Virus record (IMG/VR): IMGVR_UViG_3300036770_007327
Span: 1,653-65,652 of that record
Length of the DNA: 64,000 bases
Source of the DNA: a virus
Taxonomy: Duplodnaviria > Caudoviricetes
Direction: 5' to 3' (one strand)
A program made the translations under genes and the position numbers. A model generated the notes under the pieces. The model was given only the letters and a program-made list of their open reading frames with translations, ran no database searches and was not told the origin of the DNA. Below are positions 47,356-58,218 of the stretch, one piece after another; within the stretch, counting starts at the first letter, position 1, and each line of letters opens with the position of its first letter.

Positions 47356-48116
47356 AATATATACTTACCGCAAGTATCTCCAAAATCAAAATATAAATCA
47401 ATATCATCTCTTTGCGGTTCAATTGGCCACCAGCTCATATCTCTTCTATAAGGAAATATAATCTTTTTATGATTACCTAAAAAGGCTGACCACCACGAAA
47501 AGCTTGATTGAGATATAGCTATATTTTCACTATATAAAAGGGTATTAAAATCTTTTATAGCTCTTTTATCACCGCTAACGCTAAACTCTACAACAACGCC
47601 CTCTGAATTTAAGCTACATCCATCAGCTATTAATTTCTGAACCGTTTCGCATTTCGAGTTATCAGTTACGATAATGATATCAGTAAACCCGCTATCTTTA
47701 ATTAGGTTTTTATAGAAATTGTAGCCTAAAAAGGCATTAACTTGTATATAATCAGTTTCACGTACATGAATTACTAATTTGCCTTGATTTATAATATTAT
47801 CTCTTATGTTAAATATTGATCGTAAATCATCTCTCTGACTTAGATAATAAGTGCTTTTCTGCACAAATGAATCAACTATAATATCTCCATTATGTCTTAT
47901 TAGCTCGTTTATATCTACATATTGGTTGCCGAAACTTTTAGTATTGATAATGTTATTGAGCGTACCTAAAAACTCCCTTTTTTCTATATTAAAGTCCGGC
48001 AATTCATCATGATAAAAATCATGATGCTTAAGTTTGGATATAACATATCCAAACGCATATTGAAACATTCTATTGCCCATTCTGCTCCAAGGATCATATT
48101 TTACACATATACTCAT
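47352..48116 (-). CDS. GT11 alpha-1,2-fucosyltransferase-like protein
   Basis: MGNRMFQYA, HVR.TDY, SSFSWW.AFL. Confidence 0.88.
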   Translation of the reverse strand: MSICVKYDPWSRMGNRMFQYAFGYVISKLKHHDFYHDELPDFNIEKREFLGTLNNIINTKSFGNQYVDINELIRHNGDIIVDSFVQKSTYYLSQRDDLRSIFNIRDNIINQGKLVIHVRETDYIQVNAFLGYNFYKNLIKDSGFTDIIIVTDNSKCETVQKLIADGCSLNSEGVVVEFSVSGDKRAIKDFNTLLYSENIAISQSSFSWWSAFLGNHKKIIFPYRRDMSWWPIEPQRDDIDLYFDFGDTCGKYIL

Positions 48117-48931
48117 CCCCAGTAGCATCCCCCCTCTACAACCTCTATTCCTGCAGGAGTTTCTTCGGAAAGAGGATATGTCCAATTTTCGTTGAAGAAT
48201 TTAAAAAAATCTGGCATATTATCCCAGCGCTTGCCCCTTATTCCGAATAGAATTTGAGTGGCTCCTCCTAAATGTATTCCTATTTTTCCCATTTTTTTAA
48301 CTTCGTTAGCAAACATTAGGCCAGTAAATCCAGTACTAAAAATTGCAATGTCAAAATTTATTTGTGATATTTGTTCTAAAAATTTGTAAAAAATTTGTTT
48401 ACAATCTGTAAATTCGTCGTTATTAGATAATGGCAAAGCCGTAGGATATGTAAGGGTTTTGAGATTAAAATCAAAAGCTAATTTATTTCCCCAAATTTTA
48501 TTAATATTTTTAAAATTGTTTTCAATAGATTTTGCGAATGGAGAGACTACAAGAACAACCTTATCTTTAATTTTATTAATCCAGGGATATTCATGAAAAT
48601 ATGGCTCTAAATCTTGCAATTGGCATTTGTACGAATTATTGCTTATAACCTCTTGCTCAAACGCAGGTATTACCTTGTTCCAAGCTGCAACTAGATCGAC
48701 ATTAGAAATATTTTCAAATATATAGCTAGAAAACCATTTTATATTTTCCTCGTTGCAAGGACTTAGTCCTGCAACATGCTCACTTTCAAACAAAAACCGA
48801 CTCCCCCAGGGATTTGCCCCGTATTTGTACAGATATAATAATTGGAGTTCATTCCCCCCAATTTTACCAGCGCAGAAACTTCTACCATTTTTTATATAAT
48901 GGCTAATAAAATTATTACCGTCAATAATCAT
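48113..48931 (-). CDS. Glycan-cluster hypothetical protein, probable glycosyltransferase
   Basis: K.G..E, PW....K.VLVVSPF, IHLGG..Q.LFGI.G.RW, VEGGCYW. Confidence 0.65.
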   Translation of the reverse strand: MIIDGNNFISHYIKNGRSFCAGKIGGNELQLLYLYKYGANPWGSRFLFESEHVAGLSPCNEENIKWFSSYIFENISNVDLVAAWNKVIPAFEQEVISNNSYKCQLQDLEPYFHEYPWINKIKDKVVLVVSPFAKSIENNFKNINKIWGNKLAFDFNLKTLTYPTALPLSNNDEFTDCKQIFYKFLEQISQINFDIAIFSTGFTGLMFANEVKKMGKIGIHLGGATQILFGIRGKRWDNMPDFFKFFNENWTYPLSEETPAGIEVVEGGCYWG

Positions 48932-48936
48932 ACACT

Positions 48937-49728
48937 TTATAATATATCTTTACCTACATATTTTATTATAGTATTAGTATAGCTCCACCTTATATTAGGG
49001 CCTAATAAATCTATAACAGGTATTATTCCTTTATTATCTTGAATATTTTTCCATCTCTCATACAGGCCATCATATCCGCTGTAATATCTTTCTTTGAATA
49101 TAACATCCTTATCGAAGTAATACGAATAGTGTATAAATCGTTGCGGTAATAAATATCCTGGGCCGTTTTTACCGATTAGTGTCGGTGGCTCATGAGCTGC
49201 AAATTCTTCTCCCTCCCATATCCACAGTCTCCTCCATGTATCATTTATACATTCGCCCCATTCGCCAAAAACTTGCTGATTTTTACCTACAAAATAATCA
49301 CATAAAAAGCATCCTGTTTTACCTTTATACTCTAATAACATTTCTTCTGCTTCTTTTAGTTGCTGCTCTTCCCAATGTTCATCTACGTCTACTTGCCATA
49401 AAAAACATTTTTTATGTCTCTTTTTAATTTCAGCAATTCCTGCATTTACTTGCTCATCTTTACTAATCCACGGTCTATTGTGCGGTCTTACAACGACCAT
49501 TTTGGAATTTTTATTTGCATCTAAAAATTCTGTTGTACCATCTAAAGATAAAAAATTTTTGTGAAATTTCTCATTTATATCTTTACACCATGATGTTGAC
49601 CCTCCAGGCTTTGCCACTCCCTCAATTATAACCCATAAATCAAACTGCTGTAACATTTTGTTAAAGAAGTTTTTATGATTTAAATGGTGCAGACCGTTTA
49701 AAATTATTGTTAAAGCAATTCTTTTCAT
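48937..49728 (-). CDS. GT2-like glycosyltransferase
   Basis: IEG, S.DGT.E, DVDE. Confidence 0.7.
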   Translation of the reverse strand: MKRIALTIILNGLHHLNHKNFFNKMLQQFDLWVIIEGVAKPGGSTSWCKDINEKFHKNFLSLDGTTEFLDANKNSKMVVVRPHNRPWISKDEQVNAGIAEIKKRHKKCFLWQVDVDEHWEEQQLKEAEEMLLEYKGKTGCFLCDYFVGKNQQVFGEWGECINDTWRRLWIWEGEEFAAHEPPTLIGKNGPGYLLPQRFIHYSYYFDKDVIFKERYYSGYDGLYERWKNIQDNKGIIPVIDLLGPNIRWSYTNTIIKYVGKDIL

Positions 49729-49729
49729 T

Positions 49730-50497
49730 TTATAAAAGAGCATGTCTGCTCATTTTTTTCATATTAACAAATTTAGGGTTTATATAAACATTATCAATTG
49801 ATTTGCAAAAATGTACCCACTCGCAATCGATATCGCCTTCGGCATCGTAGGGAGAAAATGAACTATTAATTGCAGCTTCTGTTTTTATAAAAGCTGATCC
49901 TCCAAAAGCAGATTTAACCTTTATTAGGGGATGATCGCTAGGTATATGTAAAAACCTGCTTCTTACATATATATTTTTAGCTTCATTTTCCGACATAAAT
50001 GTTGGTCTATTTCCAATCATTTTCCAACAATTAAACGGCATCCATATATCATGTCTTAGTGCATATAAATCATAATATAATTGCTCCTGATTCGCGCAAA
50101 TCATATCCCACTCTTTTTCTGTGCTAAAACACGACATTATACTTTCAAGATTATATGGCTCAACGTTGGTCTCGTTAAAATCGAGCATATAAATATAATC
50201 AAAAGTAGAATATTTTTCTTTAATTATATCTAGATAATAATTCCGTGCATATGATATTTTCTCCATTCTAGTCTCAAATGAGACATTATTTAAAGATACA
50301 CACGTTAAGCTGCAAGATAATTTATCTCTATATTGCTTAATAGCATTTAATGTATTATCTGTACTATTAGATTCTATTAATATGCAGCGAACCTCATCAA
50401 ATTGAGTCGCGAGTTTATTTATATTTAAAAAAATAGGATCAATTATTTTTTCTATATTATTAATTGCTGCAGCAATTATTAAATTTTTTTTAGACAT
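49730..50497 (-). CDS. Glycosyltransferase (CAP59/GT69-like)
   Basis: ES.S.DNT, ARN, YYDLYALR, V.SAFGG, CE. Confidence 0.75.
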   Translation of the reverse strand: MSKKNLIIAAAINNIEKIIDPIFLNINKLATQFDEVRCILIESNSTDNTLNAIKQYRDKLSCSLTCVSLNNVSFETRMEKISYARNYYLDIIKEKYSTFDYIYMLDFNETNVEPYNLESIMSCFSTEKEWDMICANQEQLYYDLYALRHDIWMPFNCWKMIGNRPTFMSENEAKNIYVRSRFLHIPSDHPLIKVKSAFGGSAFIKTEAAINSSFSPYDAEGDIDCEWVHFCKSIDNVYINPKFVNMKKMSRHALL

Positions 50498-51125
50498 TTT
50501 TTACATATATTGCGTATCCATTTCTTTTTGTATTAGAAAAGCTTTCTAGTTTCCATTCCGGATCTATACTTAGTTCATACGAGGCTTGCCTCGTCTTAAA
50601 AGCATTATATGCATCATCTAGAAAAAAAACTCTAGTTCGGTTCTTTAATAGTTTGAATTCTTCAAAACCGGTAAATTCACTACCATCAATTAAAACTCCG
50701 TCAAAAGAATCTTTAGTACTTTCTAGAAAACCTTTTCCAAAAATCATCATTAAATTTTTATCATCATCATACCACTTTTTTACCAATTCTCTCGACGAAC
50801 TTGTATTATTTTTTATACCGTTAAATTTACTATCCCAAACACTATCAAAATCAGGTAGCTTTGTTATATTAACTGATGTAGTATTATGACAGCTTATCCA
50901 ACTATAAAACTGTGTATTCGTACATAAATCTTTATACCGTGATTCATTAATTTCTATACAATGCAAATGAATTGGTTCGGGTAGTTTAAGCATTCCCTCT
51001 ATAAAACATTGTGTAGACCCTGTACCGTCCCACGACCCGATTTCCAAATTATTTGCTAGATTATATTTTACAATACAATCTATAATAGCTTTTCCGAATT
51101 CATCATTGCTTGTTATTTCTGCCAT
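50490..51125 (-). CDS. Class I SAM-dependent methyltransferase-like protein
   Basis: LEIGSWDGTGST, FDGVLIDG, LDD. Confidence 0.75.
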   Translation of the reverse strand: MAEITSNDEFGKAIIDCIVKYNLANNLEIGSWDGTGSTQCFIEGMLKLPEPIHLHCIEINESRYKDLCTNTQFYSWISCHNTTSVNITKLPDFDSVWDSKFNGIKNNTSSSRELVKKWYDDDKNLMMIFGKGFLESTKDSFDGVLIDGSEFTGFEEFKLLKNRTRVFFLDDAYNAFKTRQASYELSIDPEWKLESFSNTKRNGYAIYVKNV

Positions 51126-51130
51126 ATTTT

Positions 51131-51877
51131 TTAATCTACTACGTTAAAATTAGGAGTAATATTTAAATATCTTCCTAACTTATTAATATCATTAATACGC
51201 TCCTTTGATAGGTCAATCCACATCTGATCGCTAATTTTATCCTTGTTATCCGAAAGCATTCTATCCGCAACTTTATCTTTCTTTCTTTGACCGAAAACCC
51301 AATGATTATGTTGAATATGAATATCGGGTCTATATTTAACTCTATTAAAAGCTTTGAATGTCTGATAGAGCCATCTATCAGACCAGTTTATTAAAAATTC
51401 CTCCCTACACATATAACCAATTACCTCGGTATATTTCTTATGGAAAAATGCATTTACACATATTTCGTCTCTTGTTCTATAACCATCATAACAATGCACA
51501 AGCTTAATATTATCTGCCCAGCCATCTTTTATTTCTTTAATAATTTCTGTGTCCCAGCCTCTAGTCATAAAGACCATATCATCTCCGATATACCCTAATA
51601 TATCGTTTTTTGCGTGAGGATAAAGTAGGTTCCAGATTTTGTTTATACCGATAAATTTACCGTCATTTGCAATATCAACAATTTTAACAAACGGTATAGC
51701 ATCAGCTATTTTATAAGCGATATCGCGGGTAGGGTCATCTTCGTCAATTCCAAATATTAGTTCTACATTATTAATATCATCTACACTCGTAATTATAGAT
51801 GATATTAACGTGAGTTTTAGATTAAGCCTCTCCCTACTTGGGACAAGAAGACTTATCTTATTCCGTTGTGTCCCCAT
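51131..51877 (-). CDS. GT2-family glycosyltransferase
   Basis: ISLLVPSR.R, D.DD, GDD..F...WD, D.W, H.H. Confidence 0.8.
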   Translation of the reverse strand: MGTQRNKISLLVPSRERLNLKLTLISSIITSVDDINNVELIFGIDEDDPTRDIAYKIADAIPFVKIVDIANDGKFIGINKIWNLLYPHAKNDILGYIGDDMVFMTRGWDTEIIKEIKDGWADNIKLVHCYDGYRTRDEICVNAFFHKKYTEVIGYMCREEFLINWSDRWLYQTFKAFNRVKYRPDIHIQHNHWVFGQRKKDKVADRMLSDNKDKISDQMWIDLSKERINDINKLGRYLNITPNFNVVD

Positions 51878-52169
51878 ATTTGTTTTTAAGTCGGGTAATA
51901 GTCCCCTTGAGCCCTCCAATCGCCTGAGCATCGCGAATCTTTTGCTCGCGCAATTCATTCAACTCTTCTGTAATTACAGCGCTACTACCTGCTTCCAATG
52001 CTCCCCATTTATAGGAGCTGGTTAGTAATGCCACAAAGCCATCTACAATTTGACCAGGCAAGCCCTTCACTGTAAATTGTGTTTTATTATCGCATGAATG
52101 TATTGTCGCGTCAACAATACCGTTTTCATACTGCTTATCCATTCTCCAAGTCCAAGGTAATTCTTCCAT
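51858..52169 (-). CDS. Hypothetical protein
   Basis: Fills operon gap. Confidence 0.6.
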   Translation of the reverse strand: MEELPWTWRMDKQYENGIVDATIHSCDNKTQFTVKGLPGQIVDGFVALLTSSYKWGALEAGSSAVITEELNELREQKIRDAQAIGGLKGTITRLKNKYGDTTE

Positions 52170-52178
52170 ATTCTCTAT

Positions 52179-53021
52179 TTAATCACGGTATAAATTCAAA
52201 TCAACACTGTATTTTTTAAATATATCAATAAGGCGCTCTTTTATTTTTTGCTCAGATTGGTCTGGGACAAAGTTATCCCAAGCAGGTCTGTATCCATGCT
52301 TCTTATAGAAATATTCCGCGCCCTTCATAATATTTTCCTTCCAATCACTTCTAGGTCTTATAGTAGATGATTCTTCACTACATTTTATTTCATCAAGCAA
52401 TTCATAGCTCTTATCAATATCTGGCCACCACCAATAGCCTGGTATCATATCTGCCTTAGCGACCATATAGGAGTGATCGACATGCTCGAAAGCATTATTG
52501 TAGTTATCATCCATATAGCCAACCCTGCTTATACAGCGCGCCGAATAATAGCAAAACGCTCCTACACAATGAAGATTCAAAAGAACTCTTATATCGTCTG
52601 AGTATTCAAATATAGAACGCGGTAAAGGAGAGCCCTTAGATATATTTCCTTTATTTGCAGGGCCGTGATATCCAAACATAAAATGCTGAATACCGGTTGA
52701 TCGGCTATACTTTATATATTCCTCAAAAACATTCTTATTGCTTCCTTTATTCTTTATAATATCATCCTCAATTATAAAAATATGGTCGCATCCTTTTTTA
52801 TAAAGTTTTTTAATAGCAATATTTTTCGTTTTACCGACGCCTAGATTTTTTTTATTAGTAAAAACATTCTTAAAGTCTCCCTGTAGCGGCTTTCCATCGT
52901 TTACAATGATAACATAAGGATCATCAAGATTTAAAATATCCTCGCTAAAGGAATCTACTGATTGTTTTAAAAAGTCTTCCCTATTACAAGTAATAAACGC
53001 AATTCCTACCTTATCTGTCAT
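52179..53021 (-). CDS. GT2-family glycosyltransferase
   Basis: TCNR, IVNDG, N.GV...KN, IEDD, FEH.D. Confidence 0.88.
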   Translation of the reverse strand: MTDKVGIAFITCNREDFLKQSVDSFSEDILNLDDPYVIIVNDGKPLQGDFKNVFTNKKNLGVGKTKNIAIKKLYKKGCDHIFIIEDDIIKNKGSNKNVFEEYIKYSRSTGIQHFMFGYHGPANKGNISKGSPLPRSIFEYSDDIRVLLNLHCVGAFCYYSARCISRVGYMDDNYNNAFEHVDHSYMVAKADMIPGYWWWPDIDKSYELLDEIKCSEESSTIRPRSDWKENIMKGAEYFYKKHGYRPAWDNFVPDQSEQKIKERLIDIFKKYSVDLNLYRD

Positions 53022-53077
53022 ACAAATATAGTAATATAGTAAGTATATATATCAACTTTTTTGTATAAATAAAATTG

Positions 53078-55030
53078 ATGTCTGATGCAAATTTAAGACG
53101 AATTCTACCTGAAAGTGAGTCTATTATTAGATCCACTGACAAAATTATTATTGAATCGCCTGAAACTAAAACAACTGTATCAGAATTCGGTAATATAATT
53201 TTTGATAGAAGCAATTTCGAACTCTCAAATACACTCGAAAGCAATCTTACATTAGCTCAGCAAATTTCAAGTGATATACATAATTATGTTGACGAAAAAA
53301 TAAATACTATTGTAGTCCCGGAAGTATTATGTTTATATTTTAAAGAATTCACAAATAGTACTGGAGTTGTAATAGGGCAGCAAAGTATTGCTACAACCAA
53401 TTTATCCCTAAACTACTTTCAAGTTAGTACTATAAAGCCATTCGATCCAGTAGAGGGGGTAGAATTTAGCGTTGACGCGTCCGGTCTTCAAAATGTTTTA
53501 CAGGATAATGGTATTATTCTCTCGCCTGGAATTTATAAAATTGAATGTGTTGGGGCATTTACCCTAACAGGACCAGCTGGTTCCTTTAATCAGGACGGTA
53601 CCTCGGTTGGCAATGGGGATAGAGGGTATATAAATCTCGAATTATATAAGGATACGGAACCTAACGAATCCTTACTCGTAAGTACCCCTATAATCGACTA
53701 CGCTCCAGCAGTAAAAATAACTACAAAGCCAGCAACCTGGTGCGGTACTCAAGAAGAGTGGGAATTTTATCTTAGAACTAATTATGAAACATCTACTACA
53801 CATAACACCTATATGTATGGGTTTATATCTATATGTAAGACCTCAAATATAAAACTTAAAGCCCATACAGCGGGCTCCTATACAATTGGCTACCCAAATC
53901 CAGATAGTGAGAGTGAGCTTCCCCCTTCGCTATACAACCCTATACAAATTATATTTGAAAAAATTACAGATAATCCTTTTGAATTTGATATTACATCCCC
54001 CGAAGTAGATATTTTATCGACCGTTCCACAAACACGCGTAATTACCTCGACTACTACAACTACCACATCCTCAGTATCCACGACTCCTACCTCAACGACT
54101 CCGCTATCAAGCCCTCCCCCCTCGTCAGCAGTGAGGTCTGGAGATAGAATAATAACCGGAGTAGGACCGACATCCTGGATTGTACCTAGCGGGGTAACCT
54201 CTATATCAGTTGTAGCGGTCGGTGCTGGCGGAGGCGGCGCAGCAACAAATGATAAAATACCAAATGGCGGCAACGGAGGGGATCTAAGATGGCGCAATAA
54301 TATAAGTGTTACCCCTGGCTCGAGAATCTGGGTAGATATTGGAGCTGGGGGGACCTCTTTTGCGTCTAATATCGACGGTCGAGATACACAAGGCACTGAC
54401 GGAGGCGATACTGAAGTAAGATTTTCAAATAATAACGGTAATTTAATATTGAAGGCAACTGGAGGTCGTGGAGGCCGGGTAGGTAACATAGCTCAACCCC
54501 CAAACAAAAGCGCGAGTACAGATATTAACACTGCGAGACAAATTGGCGGGGGCAACGGAGGCCTCGGGGGCCGCGGAGCAACACCTGAAGGTGCAACTGC
54601 TGGCGGGGGAGGAGGCGGCGCTGGGGGATACACCGATGATGGCGGCAATGGAGGAAACTGGCAAGCCGGGGGAAAAAATGGTAAAGGTGGTGCGGGCGGT
54701 GGAGGATCTGGGGGCCGGGGAACTGGCACTGCAGGCGGTGGCGGCGGGGGAGTAGGTTTATTCGGTAAGGGAATAAACGGAGACGGTGGAAATACACCCT
54801 CATCTCGCGGCAATGGTAGACCTGGCAGTACTGGCTCTAAAAATCTCCATAAAGGAATTGATCTTAATGAAAGAGATTCATTTGGATTTGATTACGGCGG
54901 CGGTGGCGGAGGTAAGGGTGAATTTATGGGCCAAGTAATCGGTCGCAATAAATCAGTCAAACATGGGGGCAATGGAGCTGTTAGAATAATATGGGGTCCA
55001 GGGAGAAGTTTTCCAAATAACGCAGAATGA
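53078..55030 (+). CDS. Fibre-like virion protein with Thr/Ser/Pro linker and glycine-rich C-terminal domain
   Basis: TATAAATA upstream; W.VP.GV..I..V.VGAGGGG ... GAVRIIW. Confidence 0.8.
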   Translation: MSDANLRRILPESESIIRSTDKIIIESPETKTTVSEFGNIIFDRSNFELSNTLESNLTLAQQISSDIHNYVDEKINTIVVPEVLCLYFKEFTNSTGVVIGQQSIATTNLSLNYFQVSTIKPFDPVEGVEFSVDASGLQNVLQDNGIILSPGIYKIECVGAFTLTGPAGSFNQDGTSVGNGDRGYINLELYKDTEPNESLLVSTPIIDYAPAVKITTKPATWCGTQEEWEFYLRTNYETSTTHNTYMYGFISICKTSNIKLKAHTAGSYTIGYPNPDSESELPPSLYNPIQIIFEKITDNPFEFDITSPEVDILSTVPQTRVITSTTTTTTSSVSTTPTSTTPLSSPPPSSAVRSGDRIITGVGPTSWIVPSGVTSISVVAVGAGGGGAATNDKIPNGGNGGDLRWRNNISVTPGSRIWVDIGAGGTSFASNIDGRDTQGTDGGDTEVRFSNNNGNLILKATGGRGGRVGNIAQPPNKSASTDINTARQIGGGNGGLGGRGATPEGATAGGGGGGAGGYTDDGGNGGNWQAGGKNGKGGAGGGGSGGRGTGTAGGGGGGVGLFGKGINGDGGNTPSSRGNGRPGSTGSKNLHKGIDLNERDSFGFDYGGGGGGKGEFMGQVIGRNKSVKHGGNGAVRIIWGPGRSFPNNAE

Positions 55031-55887
55031 GTCAGCAAAATTACATACAGGATATAGATGTTCCAGAATCAAACGATTTATTACCAAATCAATTATTTTA
55101 TTTTTCCGGATTTTTATTCTATGTAGAGGGTTGGAGCTGGGACAATATTACTGTGGATAGTAATATACAATATGAAGGGGTCAAAGATAATTTAAACGAT
55201 ACTGTTGATAGTTTTGCGGTAAATCCGTTTAAAGCGATTAGAGATATAAAAAATAATTCCTCGCGTATAATTCCCGACGATTCATCCTTCGATGCCGGGG
55301 ATAGTTATAGATTTCCTGAATTATACACTGTAGCAGCGACGTGTAGGCGCTTTCAAATATATAACACTTGGCGACAGAAATATAATGATATTATAACTCC
55401 AGAATTTTTTGAAAGCTATAGCCAGGACATACCCACAAAAACCCCTCTTCAGGAGGGAGAGCTTACTTGGTCGTTATGGGCTGGGGACGTACAATCATAT
55501 ACTAATCTGCCAGGGGGTAGATTAGAAATCGGTAGTTATATATATACAAAAAAATTATCTCTACAAAAATATACCCCAGCCTCTATACAGAACAGTTCAA
55601 AAAATTTAAAAACCGATAGAGGCTTTGGTGAAATAAACGGCAATTATATTACTAACTATTATAACCCTGTTGATGCGTATGTAGATGAATTATCCACTCT
55701 AAAGAACGGGTGGTATGGCGTCGTCTCCCTTGAGAGTACTCCATATACCTTTGAGGCGGGCAGAGGCATAAATTTTGATACATTTATAAAAATAAAATCA
55801 AATAAAATAACCGACTTTCACGACGACTATCCTCAAAACAATATATCAGCATATGGGCAAAAGCAAAAACAATATATTGATAGTTAA
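55027..55887 (+). CDS. Hypothetical virion protein
   Basis: Coupled to fibre gene; GWYG....T..I motif shared with next ORF. Confidence 0.65.
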   Translation: MSQQNYIQDIDVPESNDLLPNQLFYFSGFLFYVEGWSWDNITVDSNIQYEGVKDNLNDTVDSFAVNPFKAIRDIKNNSSRIIPDDSSFDAGDSYRFPELYTVAATCRRFQIYNTWRQKYNDIITPEFFESYSQDIPTKTPLQEGELTWSLWAGDVQSYTNLPGGRLEIGSYIYTKKLSLQKYTPASIQNSSKNLKTDRGFGEINGNYITNYYNPVDAYVDELSTLKNGWYGVVSLESTPYTFEAGRGINFDTFIKIKSNKITDFHDDYPQNNISAYGQKQKQYIDS

Positions 55888-55899
55888 ATAAATAATAGT

Positions 55900-58218
55900 A
55901 TGTCGTCGCAGGGTATCCCAAAAATAAATGAACTTCCCTTAAGTCAGGATTTTATCCCCGGCGACAAGATTATTATAGATAGAGACAAAAAGGCATATCT
56001 TGTTGATTATGATAATATATTCGTACAGACAAATCAAATATCCTTTCAACAGGATATTATAAATGATACTAATGAAGTAACTAATCTACAGCAATATTCT
56101 ACAGATAAATATAATGAACTTGTAGTAGAGTTGACTGAAAAAAGTATAGGTAGGTCTACTGCTCATCTCATTGATTTAACTAATACTACATCCACGGGGA
56201 CATTAAGTTCAGCGAGTTATAGAGAATTTATAACGTCTACCGACGCTCCCTTTATAGGGCCTAATAATCTTGTAGTTTTTGACACAGCGCTCGTAGATAA
56301 GCTGTCTCTTAGCATCGACGGCGTAGAGACGGAATCGACAGAGTGCGATGTAGATCGTGTGGTTTTCGGGCAGGGGACTATATCGATACCTAAGGGGACT
56401 TATAGGGTGCGAGCGAGTATTAGTCTGTCTCCGGAAATAAATCTAGATTTAGATCAAGACTCCCTTGACGAATATATTAGGAGAAAGCAGCAAGTATGGT
56501 CCTATCTATCTTTTGTACAACTAACAAACCCGGAGAGAACAATACTTAATGGGTCTGGTGCATCTACTTATAATAATATAGGTCAAAGTATCACTCTGAC
56601 TTTAAATGGATATTTCTATACGGATAAAACAAAACAATACGGGCTTAAAGTTCATACTTTAGGAAAATTATACCCAGGAGTAGTTACTGGGACATATACT
56701 CAAAATACAGACAGCGGAGTTGTTGACAATAAATATCTCAGTATAAGTGATTTATTTGGGAGAGAGCAATTCAATCAATCAAGAATAATAATAGAAAGAA
56801 TTTCCGATACAGATACCTTAACACCTCTCGAAGATTCTCCTCAAGGTTTTAGATCCCAGGCTCTCACTCTTCAGCCGCGGATACCGCTTACATACAACGC
56901 TGGATGGCTTCAAAAAATTAACGCTCAAGATACAAGTGTAACACCAGCTTCTTCTTTATTCGTTATAACAACATTACCTTTCAATAAAATAGGAGACAAG
57001 TATGTTGGCGATTTAAGAGGTTATATTACAGAACCTAAATCCTATCAAGGATATATTAAAATCGGGGATACTGTAAGATATCGAAAACAACAACCTAATT
57101 CAGAAGGAATTTTACCTCAAGTATTTAACAAATATGACATAAGAGATAGTGAGCTAAAAAGCCCCCAGCCTGGGTGGTATGGTCTAATTATAGATGAAAC
57201 TACAAAGAAAGTAGGGGAAAAATACGATACAATTTTTAGGGTAGATATAAACGGAGTAGTATCTCAAAGACAATATATTATTGACCCGGGTGAATATTAT
57301 CTTAAATGTGCCGCTGGCAGTATATCTCAATCTGTATCTGCTGCTTCCACATCCTCATCGACTAACACTACAACGGGTAGCGGAACAATAACAACTCCTC
57401 CCCCGGTAGTGCCGCGCGGTGAGGTTACGGCAATAAATAGTACTATCGAATATACTATACCTGATGGCGTTAACTTTATACACGCTATATGCGTAGGTGG
57501 GGGAGAGGGAGGTTATAGATCTGAATTAAAGAACTTTGATTATAATTCCGGCAACGCAGGAGAGGGAGGTACCCTTTCTTATATTAATAATATAAGCGTC
57601 AAGCCTGGTGACAGGCTTGAGCTCATCCCCGGGTCTGCTGGCGAGGGAACTAGCTATAGCAATAGATCGCAAGATCGACGTAAGGGGGGTAATTCTCTAC
57701 TCTATATAAATAGAACAGACGGTAGCAGAGATTTATTATTAAGAGGGACCGGCGGAGGCAGATCTGCGAACCCGATTGCAGGCGCTATCAACGGGTCAGG
57801 TGGTAAGGGAGCTCAAAACAAATATATTACTGGCGGAGGTAAAGATGGACGCAAACTTAGAGAATATATAGGAGGCGGTGGTGGCGCTGGAGGATATGGA
57901 GGCCCGGGAGGTAAGGGGGGTCGAGATTCAAAAGGCGAAAATGGCACTCAAGGCGGCGGTGGAGGCGGTGGGAGCAAAGACGGGGTGGGAGGACCAGCCG
58001 GCGGGGTAGGTATATATGGTAAAGGAACTAACGGTCAAGGAGGCGCGCCGGGTGAAAGCGGTACACCAGGATCTGGAGGCTCCAGTAGAAATTATGGCGG
58101 CGGTGGGAGAAGTATTTATTACGACAACCCAAATATAGACTCGATGGACGGTGGTAGAGGCGCTGTGAGAGTTATATGGGGTACTGGCCGGTCATTTCCA
58201 ACTAATGCGAGTTCATGA
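55900..58218 (+). CDS. Second fibre-like glycine-rich virion protein
   Basis: INELP start; Ser/Thr linker; IPDGV..I...CVGGG ... GAVRVIW. Confidence 0.8.
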   Translation: MSSQGIPKINELPLSQDFIPGDKIIIDRDKKAYLVDYDNIFVQTNQISFQQDIINDTNEVTNLQQYSTDKYNELVVELTEKSIGRSTAHLIDLTNTTSTGTLSSASYREFITSTDAPFIGPNNLVVFDTALVDKLSLSIDGVETESTECDVDRVVFGQGTISIPKGTYRVRASISLSPEINLDLDQDSLDEYIRRKQQVWSYLSFVQLTNPERTILNGSGASTYNNIGQSITLTLNGYFYTDKTKQYGLKVHTLGKLYPGVVTGTYTQNTDSGVVDNKYLSISDLFGREQFNQSRIIIERISDTDTLTPLEDSPQGFRSQALTLQPRIPLTYNAGWLQKINAQDTSVTPASSLFVITTLPFNKIGDKYVGDLRGYITEPKSYQGYIKIGDTVRYRKQQPNSEGILPQVFNKYDIRDSELKSPQPGWYGLIIDETTKKVGEKYDTIFRVDINGVVSQRQYIIDPGEYYLKCAAGSISQSVSAASTSSSTNTTTGSGTITTPPPVVPRGEVTAINSTIEYTIPDGVNFIHAICVGGGEGGYRSELKNFDYNSGNAGEGGTLSYINNISVKPGDRLELIPGSAGEGTSYSNRSQDRRKGGNSLLYINRTDGSRDLLLRGTGGGRSANPIAGAINGSGGKGAQNKYITGGGKDGRKLREYIGGGGGAGGYGGPGGKGGRDSKGENGTQGGGGGGGSKDGVGGPAGGVGIYGKGTNGQGGAPGESGTPGSGGSSRNYGGGGRSIYYDNPNIDSMDGGRGAVRVIWGTGRSFPTNASS

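Noticed and set aside
53890-54813. Pro-rich minus-strand ORFs and local high GC
   Set aside because: Mirror of GGN glycine codons in the fibre gene, not foreign DNA
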